Shown: positions 28,528 through 38,135 of the stretch, piece by piece
Layout: each line of letters begins with the position of its first letter
How positions within the stretch are numbered: the stretch's first letter is position 1
DNA from: Gammaproteobacteria bacterium
GTDB lineage: Bacteria; Pseudomonadota; Gammaproteobacteria; GCA-001735895
Length of the DNA stretch: 55,807 nucleotides
Assembly (NCBI GenBank): GCA_050298595.1
Contig: JBNKUM010000110.1
Location: forward strand, 1-55,807
Reading direction: 5' to 3'
Position numbers and translations under genes: made by a program
The notes under the pieces: generated by a model
Seen by the model: only the letters and a program-made list of their open reading frames with translations
Database searches by the model: none
Told to the model about the DNA's origin: nothing

Positions 28528-29040
28528 ATGCAAAAAATAGATTTACCTGACGGCCTTGGCCTGAGGCTTTCCACAGCCAACGACAACGCGTTTATTTCAT
28601 CTCTGTTTCACACCACCCGGGAGCACTTTTTCCTCGCCGAACAGGAAGCTGAATACATTCAAGAAGTTATTGATAAACAACTCGAGCTTCAAACAACTGG
28701 ATACGGTGCACAATCGCCAAATTCAATAACCTTTATCGTCGAAAAACAAGGTACTGCAATTGGACGTCTTATACTGGATTTTGGAAAAAATATCGCTCAC
28801 ATTATAGATATTGCTTTAATAAAAGAAGCCAGAAACAAAGGATATGGAAAATCCATTATCCAGGCGGTTCAATACACAGCTACCAAACAATCGCTCCCCG
28901 TCGGTTTAACCGTGGCCAAGCAAGATAGCGCAGCAGCTGCGTTATATCAAAAGCTCGGCTTCATAGCAGAAGAAAGTAATGAGACGCATAGCTTTATGAT
29001 GTGGTACCCACCTGCACAAAAAACCTATATTAACGCCTAG
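28528..29040 (+). CDS. GNAT N-acetyltransferase (tail-collar-cluster type)
   Basis: IDIALIKEARNKGYG and AAALYQKLGF motifs. Confidence 0.88.
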   Translation: MQKIDLPDGLGLRLSTANDNAFISSLFHTTREHFFLAEQEAEYIQEVIDKQLELQTTGYGAQSPNSITFIVEKQGTAIGRLILDFGKNIAHIIDIALIKEARNKGYGKSIIQAVQYTATKQSLPVGLTVAKQDSAAAALYQKLGFIAEESNETHSFMMWYPPAQKTYINA

Positions 29041-29051
29041 CCTTCACTTAA

Positions 29052-29075
29052 AAAGGGGCAGCATCCCGCCCCTTT
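29052..29075. terminator. Hairpin terminator between convergent genes
   Basis: AAAGGGGC-N8-GCCCCTTT. Confidence 0.6.
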
Positions 29076-29117
29076 AAAAACATCATATACGACTCACACC
29101 CGATATATGGTCAACAT

Positions 29118-29747
29118 CTAGTTTCGAGTGGGGAAAAGACCCTGAATTGCAATACTAAAGTTAATTGCTATAACCGGATTCATGATACTAAAAGACTGCC
29201 CCTCCCCTGTATCACCCACCTGGACAGTTCCACCTGAAGCCCCTCCACCCGAGACCCCTCCCAGTGAAACCAAAGACCCTGGCGTCGGACCACTCTTGTA
29301 GATATTTTCCGGATGGTCCTGAGGACCACCAGTAGCCTTAGTTTGCGAAAGGTATGCACCCGGTGACGGTGTAGATGCATCCCCTTCTTCAGTAGTCGCC
29401 TCAAGCTGAGCCGGTCCACCCTCCCCTTCAGCTGTAAACGTTGCGGAGTGGTTATGCAAGGGCATCTCAAAAACTTGTAGCGAGTGATGTTGACTTCCCA
29501 TCATTGTCCCAGGAGGATATGCCTGCAACCCTTGAGAATCCCCCATATTGAACCCCATGGGTAATCTGGAAGTCAGGTTTGGCAAGCCAAATGTTGTACG
29601 CCCATCACCTCCATACTGCGTAGCCAACAGCGCAAACAGTGCCTGGTTTTCAGCTATCGGCATCAACTGACCAGCACAAAAAGTAAAGCCCCGTGGAGAG
29701 AAAGAAAACCCCAGCATTTTTATTTCACCTAGAAACGGTTCCGACAT
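29118..29747 (-). CDS. Phage tail-collar domain protein (microcystin-dependent protein, MdpB-like)
   Basis: EPFLGEI..GQL....NQALFALL..YGGDGRTTFGLPNL, MPxHxH, NFSIAxxGxFPxRN. Confidence 0.9.
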   Translation of the reverse strand: MSEPFLGEIKMLGFSFSPRGFTFCAGQLMPIAENQALFALLATQYGGDGRTTFGLPNLTSRLPMGFNMGDSQGLQAYPPGTMMGSQHHSLQVFEMPLHNHSATFTAEGEGGPAQLEATTEEGDASTPSPGAYLSQTKATGGPQDHPENIYKSGPTPGSLVSLGGVSGGGASGGTVQVGDTGEGQSFSIMNPVIAINFSIAIQGLFPTRN

Positions 29748-29833
29748 ATTGATCTCCTATACTATATAAATTAAGTTATTAACTTACCACTATCCAACCA
29801 TCAGCTTTATATCCATAAAGCTCAATTAACACA

Positions 29834-30148
29834 TCACAATTCATTACCTGCCGAACCACTATGTTTGGCTATGGTTATCGCTGACTCATAATCCACTGTA
29901 CTCAGCGGAGAGAGATACAAACTTCTTTCCCCCGCCGTCTCATGACGAAATAAGTATGTTCCCGGAGTTAAGGTAAAATCACTTTCGCTATTCTTGAAAT
30001 GAATAGAAAAAGCGCTCCACCTATCATCATCAGGTTGTGCTTTTTTCACGTCGGTAATAGACAGTACTCCTGTATTTCCCTCGCTATCCACCACCTCCAC
30101 TTGATCCCCCACCAGTTTTGTAAACTGATCATATTTGTAATCTTTCAC
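29834..30148 (-). CDS. Small DUF6916-like protein
   Basis: 104 aa; FSIHF..LTPGTYLFRH..LYLSP..YES pattern; lies between two tail-collar genes. Confidence 0.7.
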   Translation of the reverse strand: MKDYKYDQFTKLVGDQVEVVDSEGNTGVLSITDVKKAQPDDDRWSAFSIHFKNSESDFTLTPGTYLFRHETAGERSLYLSPLSTVDYESAITIAKHSGSAGNEL

Positions 30149-30240
30149 TTTCTACTTTCTCCAATCTAAACTCTACTATCAGTGCCCCAATAAGCGCATA
30201 CAAGAAACGGCGAAGCTTCCTTCCCAGCCCTTTCTCAAAA

Positions 30241-30876
30241 CTAATTACGTGATGGATATATACCTAGAAGTGCAATACTGAAGTTCAACGCAACAACAGG
30301 GTTTAATATTGCAAAAGACTGCCTCCCTCCATTATTATCAACGGTAACACTCCCTCCACTTCCGCCACCTCCTGAAACGCCTCCCAACGTCACTAACGAG
30401 CCTGGGGTGGGATTACTTTTGTAGATATTTTCCGGTTGGTCCTGCGGTCCACCGGTGGACTTGGTTTGAGACAGATACATTCCTTCGCCTGGTGTAGAAG
30501 CCTCCCCCTCCTCTGTCGTGGCCTCAAGCTTGGCGCTACCTCCACCTCCCGAAGAGGTAAATGTTGCGGGGTGATTGTGCCTTGGCATTTCAGGAGTGGT
30601 TAACGTATGGATCTGATTCCCTACCATAAACCCTATCGGATAGCTTTGAAAATCTGGCGGATTCGGGGTCCCCATACTACACCCCATTGGCATTCGGGAT
30701 GTTAAATTTGGCAACCCGAAGGTAACTCTTCCATCACCACCGTAATTGGTACCAAGCAAAGAGAATAACGCATCATTTTCTGATACAGTTACAAATTGTC
30801 CTGCGCAAAAAGTCCATTGCTGCGGTGCATACGTAAACCCAAAAGTCCTAATTTCACCAATAAACGGTTCTGACAT
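30241..30876 (-). CDS. Phage tail-collar domain protein (MdpB-like), paralog 2
   Basis: ATG at 30876 after GGAGGT; same motifs as 29118..29747, including the shared LEATTEEG..GGPQD.PENIYKS insert. Confidence 0.9.
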   Translation of the reverse strand: MSEPFIGEIRTFGFTYAPQQWTFCAGQFVTVSENDALFSLLGTNYGGDGRVTFGLPNLTSRMPMGCSMGTPNPPDFQSYPIGFMVGNQIHTLTTPEMPRHNHPATFTSSGGGGSAKLEATTEEGEASTPGEGMYLSQTKSTGGPQDQPENIYKSNPTPGSLVTLGGVSGGGGSGGSVTVDNNGGRQSFAILNPVVALNFSIALLGIYPSRN

Positions 30877-31206
30877 AATGACCTCCAATATCAAATTTTA
30901 TTTCTAGTGCAGATAGTTGATGCTACCTGTCACCACCAAAATCAGCTCCCAAAGGCCATGAATATGGGGACCATACTCAGTGGAGACTAATGATATATCT
31001 ATTCATTTCGCTTCATGCTAAAACTCCACGCATCCAACATTTCGATCTCTATATTTTTGAAGCTCTCACATTTCTGAATAAATTCATTGCTGTTAGTGCA
31101 CTACAGAAAAATATTTAAAATTAACATTTTCTAACTCACTCCTTTTTTATGATTCATCATCCGCAAGAAGCTTTCTTGCATATTCCAGCATGAACCATGC
31201 TCTAAT

Positions 31207-31458
31207 TTAACTATAGATATTGTTTAGTTTGAACCAAACAGAATTTATAGCGACCACCACAGAGTGGCCTATGCGTCGATATTGATAGTTAAAATAGTGG
31301 ACATACTTGCTCCCTAATGACTGCATCATTTCACTGATTCCGCCGTTTTGTCGCGGCGTACACAGTAAATGCACATGATTAGACATCACTACCCAGGCGC
31401 GAACATCTACATTATATGGATAGGAACATCGACCAGTGCCCCTCCGAATTCTGGACAT
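31207..31458 (-). pseudogene. Second RAYT fragment
   Basis: VRAWVVMSNHVHLLCTPRQNGGISEMMQSLG; DNA closely matches 27875-28070. Confidence 0.85.
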
Positions 31459-31878
31459 ATATTATCCTTACTTGTTGTTTAGGTGAGAATTAAAGTTTAG
31501 CACTTTATAATATTTCTCTGCTCCCTTTTAGCACCTGTTAAGTTCAACCTAAAGTCAGTTAAACGTATAGCATCTGGAAAAGCACCTTTCAACAAATCAT
31601 TCAAATTAATTAACTGGGACCAGAGTAGAATGGCACTTACTTAATGACCATATTTTCTTATCAACTCCCTGGTTTTATTCTGAATCACTCGCGGTACGCA
31701 TGTGTCATCCATCAGATAGATTTAGTTTTTGCATTCCTCCTCCTATGCATAAATTGGCACTACACAGTGCTTACATATTCCCCTGGTCGAACTTCAATTG
31801 TCTCAATTACATCTAACGCCTGCTGTAAAGAATTAGCCAGGAGAAATATCAGGCGAATACAGTCCGAGATGCAGGCAT

Positions 31879-31909
31879 AAAGCAGACTCACAAATGAGCC
31901 TGCTTTTTT
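31879..31909. terminator. Intrinsic terminator downstream of the PSD-like gene
   Basis: AAAGCAGACTCA-CAAA-TGAGCCTGCTTTTTT. Confidence 0.65.
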
Positions 31910-31916
31910 CAGTATT

Positions 31917-33356
31917 TTAATCCAACGACCATGGTGACTTTGGCGATTTACCAATATTAATGATACCAATCTGATTCCCCATACGGGTCTGTACTGCTGG
32001 TGAAATCATATCCCTGGAGAAAAGCATAATATTTAACGATCCACCAAAGAAGAAGTTACCAAACTTGGTTTTTCCTTTGGTGACTTTTTTACCAACTTCA
32101 AAACAGTTAACACCATCTGTTTTTCTATGTTTGTCATTACATTGATTTAGAACCACAGAACTTACAGAATCCAGACCTACCGGAATCGATGCTACATAAC
32201 CTGTCTTAGTTGATTTTTTCTTTTCATCGGTTGATAAACGATCATCATATGTCACTTTTATGATAATAACACCACGCTGAAATGCCTGAAATTGACTAAA
32301 GTCAGTACCTGGTCGACCAACGTTGCCATCACCTGGAACCCAGTTAGGAAAGTCCAGATAACCAAAAGTGCCTGGTGTACCAGGTGTACCTGTTTTCACA
32401 ACCTCAGCATGTATCACTATGCCATCAACAGGTGAGTGGAAATGATGATAGGTATTCGGCATTAATACACAGGTCAGGCCATTACCTCCGACAAACTTCT
32501 GCTTAATATCATCAGGAACAGTGCCCAGCATATCATTCACAGATATAGGAATATTTTTAACATCCAGAACAGTATCAAGCTGAAGTGGATTTTCGACATA
32601 ACGACGTTCATAGGTCTCATTAAATTTAACAAGCTGTACTAACGGATTCATGATGCAGTCTGTTGGTGAAACAATGACATAATCATGCTCAGGAAATGTT
32701 ACAGGGCGACTGGGATAGTTACCTTGTTTGTCACTCTGTAGATTGCGTGCGAAAAACTCATTCCAGTTTTTATACTCTTTGGCTGTTTTCTTTCTGTAAT
32801 CCCCAATCTCAATCCGAGGATCTTTAATCCACTCCTTCACATATTTATATGATGCAGAACTGTTCATAAAGCCAAGATATTCATCACTCCATTTTTTCAG
32901 GAAAACTGTACCTGTCTTCAACATTTCAGAAGGTTTGGAAGGGTTACGCCCCTGTACAAAATCCTGCCCCGCAGGATTTTGATAGTAAAACCATGCAAAG
33001 TAGAGAATGGGGTCTAATGCATTATCAGAGTCGCCTTTAATCTGTGGTAATGCGGTGCACCATGTTTTAAACATTTTGTGCATCATCTGCATCAAGCCTT
33101 CACCACTACCCGCTGACTTCCATGGATTTACTCTGGACCTGTTATAGGAATAACCTTGTGGGAGATCAACCAGACCATCATAAACCTTATCATAGGCATC
33201 TCTGGTAACTGAGTCGAGTTTGTATTGTGATTTGAGATATTTTAACGAGTCATAGCATGGAGATTGCTCAGCCATGATCTGGGTTGAAAACAAGAGTAAC
33301 GCAGTACCAGTTACCCAATAAATAGAACGCTGAAAAAACGTTTTTATTGTAAACAT
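31917..33356 (-). CDS. Phosphatidylserine decarboxylase-family (pyruvoyl) protein with signal peptide
   Basis: WNEFFAR, VSPTD, YHHFHSPVDG and FFFGGS cleavage motif; N-terminal Sec-type signal. Confidence 0.82.
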   Translation of the reverse strand: MFTIKTFFQRSIYWVTGTALLLFSTQIMAEQSPCYDSLKYLKSQYKLDSVTRDAYDKVYDGLVDLPQGYSYNRSRVNPWKSAGSGEGLMQMMHKMFKTWCTALPQIKGDSDNALDPILYFAWFYYQNPAGQDFVQGRNPSKPSEMLKTGTVFLKKWSDEYLGFMNSSASYKYVKEWIKDPRIEIGDYRKKTAKEYKNWNEFFARNLQSDKQGNYPSRPVTFPEHDYVIVSPTDCIMNPLVQLVKFNETYERRYVENPLQLDTVLDVKNIPISVNDMLGTVPDDIKQKFVGGNGLTCVLMPNTYHHFHSPVDGIVIHAEVVKTGTPGTPGTFGYLDFPNWVPGDGNVGRPGTDFSQFQAFQRGVIIIKVTYDDRLSTDEKKKSTKTGYVASIPVGLDSVSSVVLNQCNDKHRKTDGVNCFEVGKKVTKGKTKFGNFFFGGSLNIMLFSRDMISPAVQTRMGNQIGIINIGKSPKSPWSLD

Positions 33357-33472
33357 CCTAACTCCCTTAGTTTTGTTTATTTGTAACTGCTCGCCCCCTC
33401 ATCTACTGGCACAATCCAACAGCAAAACATGCACGTCATTTCAAAGAGCCTTTAGCCGTGAACAAAGTGTAG

Positions 33473-33537
33473 TGTGAGGCAATCCAGTAACGCCAGACCT
33501 ATGGATTGCCGCGTCGCAATCGCGACTCGCAGTAACG
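33473..33537. repeat. Degenerate REP-like element (GGCAATCC / GGATTGCC family)
   Basis: GGCAATCCA..TGGATTGCC..CTCGCAGTAAC; related to 44738-44885. Confidence 0.5.
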
Positions 33538-33874
33538 AGGTTTGTACAGTAACGCTTATTTGTAAAAAAATAAATGCTTATTAACTTTTACTTCTAACCT
33601 TCCTGAAATCATTACTTCCTTCATGATAAACCTGATCACGACTTTAAACACTCTGGTCTTATGAATGAGCGCATCAATATACCTGGCACCCTGTCAAACT
33701 CAAAGGCCAATCGAGGCTGTAAGGCGTCGCTCCTCCTGATCCATATAAAACCTACGGGTAAGGATTCCAACTTTAAGACTGATTCTATATGACCCCACAT
33801 ATTCCACTTGAACTTTCTTTCAGCGTCTTGCGCTGGGTCCCGCCCTACCAATCTTTTGATGATCAAAACAATGC

Positions 33875-36142
33875 CTATTCGTCCTTCTGCAAGGCCTGCA
33901 GGATGATCGCGTAGTCAAAGTTCCTTGCGAGATCCATCAGCTTTTTCTGTAGTGCTTGATCGTGCGTCACAACCCGTTGGATGACCGTCACAATTTGCTC
34001 ATGTTCAAGGCTTTCCAGCGCCTTAACAAGCTCTTCACGAAACGCCTCGGGCAATCCATTCAGCATCTCCGGCGTTAATATTACCTCCTGCTCCGGCGTT
34101 TCTCGGGCTCCCTCGAAAAGATATTTAACACCCAGGTGTCTCGCCAGACAGTCGTAGACATCGCTTGCACGGTAGGGCTTGCGTACGTAACCGTCCATGC
34201 CAACTGCGTAGATCTTGCTGCGTTCTTCAGACAGCACCGAAGCGGTCACCGCGACGATCTTAACCTCCTTGCCATCGGGCAGTTCACGGATACGTCGTGT
34301 CGCTTCCATGCCGTCCATTATGGGCATGCGCAGATCCATCCAGATAAAGTGCGGATGCCAATTCTGGAATAGTTGTACTGCCTGCGCTCCGTTCTCAGCT
34401 AGCTCGACCCGGAAGCCAACGGATTCATGTAGTTGAGAGAGTAGTAGCTGGTTATCGGGTTGATCTTCGACGATCAGAATACGATATTCGGGTTGCTCCG
34501 GAGCCAGCTTCGACACGTTGTTTTTGTCTGCCTTTTTCAGTTTGTTGATATCGCTTTCCTTCGCTTTGATCAGCGGTAGTTCAACGCTGAACCGCGAACC
34601 TTTACCTGGTTCACTTTCCAGGTTTATGCTGCCGCCCATCATTTGCACGAATTGGTGGGTGATGGCCAGCCCGAGTCCAGTGCCTTTGCTGATGCCATGT
34701 TTACCCAGTTGCACAAAAGGTTTGAAGATCTGCTGTTGCTCTTCAGGTGGGATGCCAACACCGGTATCCTCAACCTCAATTAGAAGTTTGGAGCCTTTCT
34801 CTTGCTTCGTACTCAGGCGCAAGGTAACGCAACCTCGCTGAGTGTATTTGATGGCATTGCTTAGCAGGTTGTTGAGTATCTGGCGAAGACGCGCCTCGTC
34901 TCCAACAATGTAGGATGGGAAGTGTGATGACTGCTCGAGCGATAGTTGCAAGCCGTGTGCTCGCGCACGTTCCGCCATCATGTCGGTGACGTCTCGTATC
35001 ACGGCGCTCAGGTCGAAAGGGACGTCTTCATGCTGCAACTGACCAGATTCTATCCTGGCCATTTCCAGGATGTCGTTAATCAGGCTCAATAGATGTTCGC
35101 CACTACGGTTAATGATGTCGGCATTCTGCCGCACCCCTTCGGATAGCAGCGGGTCTTGACGCATGAGGGTGGAGAATCCGAGGATAGCGTTCAGCGGTGT
35201 GCGCAGTTCATGACTCATATTCGCCAGTAAAACGCTCTTCGCCTTATTGGCCGCCTCAGCTGCGTCGCGTGCCAGCCGTAGCCCCTCGGTGCTTTGCTTC
35301 AACTTGTAGCGGTCCTCCTGAAAGAGTTCGACCGCGTGTGTCATTTCGTCGATCTCATCGCGGACCGACGTGCTTGCTGGTCTCTCCTGAGTGCCATCAT
35401 CGTGGTCACCAAGTCTGAGACTGCTACTTATCTGCAGTAAACGCCCCAGTACATGGTGCCCCAGGAACCAATGTGCCACGACCCAGGCCAATAGGAGGCA
35501 AGCTGCCAACAGCAACATCACCCAATATGTGTTGCGCTGAGTCAGCTCATCAAGTTGTTGCATGGCCTCGCGGTAGCGTTGGACGAAGTCTTTTGAACTT
35601 AACAGGGCTGTCGTCGTCAGCACTTCGGCCTGGACGTGCAAATCGTGAAGATAGTTCTGGTTCTTCAGGGGGGAGTTCTGGGCCGTGTCTCCAGTTGTTT
35701 CTACAGCATGCAACTCACGCTCTCGCAAATAGACGACGATATTCACCGTATTGCGGAACGATTGACTCGACTGGTGCAGGTCAAGCAACGCTTTGCCACC
35801 AACGTTGACGGCAAGGCGGTCAACGAAATCGTCGAATTGCCCCAGCAGTTTGAAAATCTTTTTATGGCTGTCCTGCAGATCGGCTATACTTTTCGAGTCT
35901 GCCAGATTGTAGGACTCGTGCATGATCAGAAATGTATGCTGCACCATATCCTGTGCCTCCAGCATCTGCACCAGGCTCTCTTCCCCTAGTTCGTGGATCG
36001 TCGTTGTGGAAGTGTGCAAGGCATAAACTGCCGTTATTCCAGCCGCCAAAATCAGCAGGGTCAGGGCGATGACTGCAAACAGGAACTGCTGCCGCAGTGA
36101 ATGGGGTAACCAGGAGGCGGGATGGGGGCGGGGGAACGACAT
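33875..36142 (-). CDS. Hybrid sensor histidine kinase (2 TM, HAMP, HisKA, HATPase, REC)
   Basis: ANMSHELRTPLN, NLLSNAIKYT, GTGLGL, WMDLRMP motifs. ATG at 36142 preferred (just after the upstream gene's stop). Confidence 0.92.
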   Translation of the reverse strand: MSFPRPHPASWLPHSLRQQFLFAVIALTLLILAAGITAVYALHTSTTTIHELGEESLVQMLEAQDMVQHTFLIMHESYNLADSKSIADLQDSHKKIFKLLGQFDDFVDRLAVNVGGKALLDLHQSSQSFRNTVNIVVYLRERELHAVETTGDTAQNSPLKNQNYLHDLHVQAEVLTTTALLSSKDFVQRYREAMQQLDELTQRNTYWVMLLLAACLLLAWVVAHWFLGHHVLGRLLQISSSLRLGDHDDGTQERPASTSVRDEIDEMTHAVELFQEDRYKLKQSTEGLRLARDAAEAANKAKSVLLANMSHELRTPLNAILGFSTLMRQDPLLSEGVRQNADIINRSGEHLLSLINDILEMARIESGQLQHEDVPFDLSAVIRDVTDMMAERARAHGLQLSLEQSSHFPSYIVGDEARLRQILNNLLSNAIKYTQRGCVTLRLSTKQEKGSKLLIEVEDTGVGIPPEEQQQIFKPFVQLGKHGISKGTGLGLAITHQFVQMMGGSINLESEPGKGSRFSVELPLIKAKESDINKLKKADKNNVSKLAPEQPEYRILIVEDQPDNQLLLSQLHESVGFRVELAENGAQAVQLFQNWHPHFIWMDLRMPIMDGMEATRRIRELPDGKEVKIVAVTASVLSEERSKIYAVGMDGYVRKPYRASDVYDCLARHLGVKYLFEGARETPEQEVILTPEMLNGLPEAFREELVKALESLEHEQIVTVIQRVVTHDQALQKKLMDLARNFDYAIILQALQKDE

Positions 36143-36152
36143 GCAGGATATC

Positions 36153-37424
36153 TCACCGCTTCCAGATGCGCCGATAGGCCTCCCTGTAACCGTTGCTGGG
36201 ATCGAACAGCATACTCTTGCCACCATCGAAGGCAATGTTGTCCGGTGTCACCAGGTGGACAGGCGTCACGTAGCCGGTGACTGGGCGTCCCGCTAATAGT
36301 CGGTTCAGCTCGTCAACCAGTTGCCAGCCCTGCAGGTTCAACGGCTCTGCCACCGTGCCGTATTGGAACGCCGCAGCGTGGATTCGCAGAAACGCCGCCG
36401 TGCTCCCGTCTCCTGCAGAAAACAGGTGGATGTCCCGCCTCGCCTGGGTGAATTCGGGGACTGCATAGTCAAAATAGATGTCGTTGATTGCAAGGGCATG
36501 GGTCCACCGGTCTCCGTATCGATTCAGGAGTTCCCGCGTCACCTTCGGCATCTGCTGCGCACTCAGCGAGATCGGCGTCTTGCGCATTTCCAGTAACGTG
36601 CAGCCTTTACATTCCCGGATCACCTCCGCCATCACATTCGCCTTGCGCATTGCGATCTCGAAGTTGCTGTCCGTGAAAATGACCACACCGGCGGTTCCAT
36701 GGCTCTCGATGATAGCCGCCATCGCCGTCACGCGAGCCACCTGAAGCGGGTCGGTGGAAACGTTTATTGCCACACTTCCCGAAGACAGCCTTCCTGCCGT
36801 AGGCCCCACATGCCAGCCGACCAATGGGATGCCGCGTTTCACGAAAGGCGACAGACGGGATTCCAGGCTCCTGGCATCGCTTCCAACCAGAATCGCCCCG
36901 TCAGGGTTCATCGCCAGCGCTTCGGCAAGTGCCTGGTTGCGACCCTCTGGAGTGCCATGGGCATCAAACATTCTAGTCTGCCAATCCATCACCTCGGCCG
37001 CCTCACCAATACCCCTGGCGACACCCAGCACCCCTCCGTTGCGCAAATCCTCGCAAATCACCGCCACCTTCATACCAGGCCTTCCGGCCGGACCGTGGAT
37101 CGGACCGTCCCAACGGGTAACGCGTCCACTCCTGCTTGACACAACTTCCTGCATTTCGGCGAGTGACCACTTCGCGTCCGAGATAGTAGGATCACTTTTC
37201 CCGATATACAGTTGATTGTCTGACGTCGCGAGTTTGACTGTTTCTCCGGCAGCCGCGCTCCATGCTGATAAAATTAACGCCATGCATAATGCAAAAAATA
37301 GAAGTTGAGTGAAACCGCATCTATCTGGAAATCGTCCCACATCAACAGAATCGTTTGCGTATGGCGCATCATCCAGCGAAATAAATTGTCCTTTGTTCAT
37401 CATGATACTCCCATCAGTTTTCAT
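36153..37424 (-). CDS. Periplasmic sugar-type (PBP1) substrate-binding protein (true start may be further in)
   Basis: Signal-like segment, ALAINDIYFD, SAGDGS, TVAEPLNLQGWQLVDELNR motifs. Confidence 0.85.
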   Translation of the reverse strand: MKTDGSIMMNKGQFISLDDAPYANDSVDVGRFPDRCGFTQLLFFALCMALILSAWSAAAGETVKLATSDNQLYIGKSDPTISDAKWSLAEMQEVVSSRSGRVTRWDGPIHGPAGRPGMKVAVICEDLRNGGVLGVARGIGEAAEVMDWQTRMFDAHGTPEGRNQALAEALAMNPDGAILVGSDARSLESRLSPFVKRGIPLVGWHVGPTAGRLSSGSVAINVSTDPLQVARVTAMAAIIESHGTAGVVIFTDSNFEIAMRKANVMAEVIRECKGCTLLEMRKTPISLSAQQMPKVTRELLNRYGDRWTHALAINDIYFDYAVPEFTQARRDIHLFSAGDGSTAAFLRIHAAAFQYGTVAEPLNLQGWQLVDELNRLLAGRPVTGYVTPVHLVTPDNIAFDGGKSMLFDPSNGYREAYRRIWKR

Positions 37425-37640
37425 CTATGGCTCTCAGTATCGCCGGGTAGTCGAAATCCCCAGCCACCTGACTCAGCTTCTTTTCTAAAGCCTGATCGCT
37501 CATCGCAACCTTTCTGGATGACCGCCTCAATGCGTTCAGGTTCAAGGCTTTCCACCGACTCCTTGAGCTCGCTGAGCAATCCTCTGGGAAAACCATCCAG
37601 CATCTCAAGTATAGGAAAGAAAACACTCTTTTTCGTTGAA
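37414..37640 (-). pseudogene. Frameshifted C-terminal remnant of a paralogous hybrid kinase
   Basis: MLDGFP..ESLEPERIEAVIQK / SDQALEKKLSQVAGDFDYPAILRAI matches the C-terminus of 33875..36142. Confidence 0.8.
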
Positions 37641-37893
37641 AAAACACCCAGCCGATCTTAGAAGTATAGTAAGCGCTCCATAATCAGCATCTGTTTTTCC
37701 TGATAGATTTCCAGAACACTTATCGTGTTTTTGATCACACTGGTTTTGGAATCAAGGTGCAGACTCGATGATTTAGATCTACCCATTCGATCTTCTCTTA
37801 TTGATATCTAACTTCCTGTCTCCACCATGCCCTCGAGATTATACTGACCTATTGTTTTTATCATCAAAGAGCTTGCCCCCTTGATTCGGGTTA

Positions 37894-38135
37894 TTAATTG
37901 AATTGTATATCGGAGAGTCTATTATATTGACGACGCCAATTATAGATTTGTCCAGGATGAATACCCAGTTCTCGAGCAATGTCTACAGCTGAAACAATCG
38001 GATCTTCCGATCTACGCACCGCTTCTCGACGGAAGTCTTCGGTATAGTGATTGTATTTATTCTTCGTTTTCTTTGTCATTTCAAGACCCTCATTAGGTTG
38101 TAGTGAGGTGTCTACTTTTCATGAGTAACTTGGCA
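37894..38135 (-). pseudogene. IS3-family OrfA fragment with left end
   Basis: YTEDFRREAV..IARELGIHPGQIYNWRRQ HTH; upstream TG..AAAAGTAGACAC IR-like end. Confidence 0.8.

Noticed and set aside
29118-30876. Prophage or tailocin suggested by tail-collar genes
   Set aside because: No sheath, tube, baseplate, capsid, terminase, lysis or integrase genes in the window.
33636-33866. 76-aa ORF downstream of the hybrid kinase
   Set aside because: Could be a gene fragment, but no motif or clear RBS supports a call.
34136-37661. Many overlapping plus-strand ORFs
   Set aside because: Antisense shadows of the GC-rich kinase and binding-protein genes with no recognisable motifs; the same applies to the minus-strand ORFs within 38779-41343.
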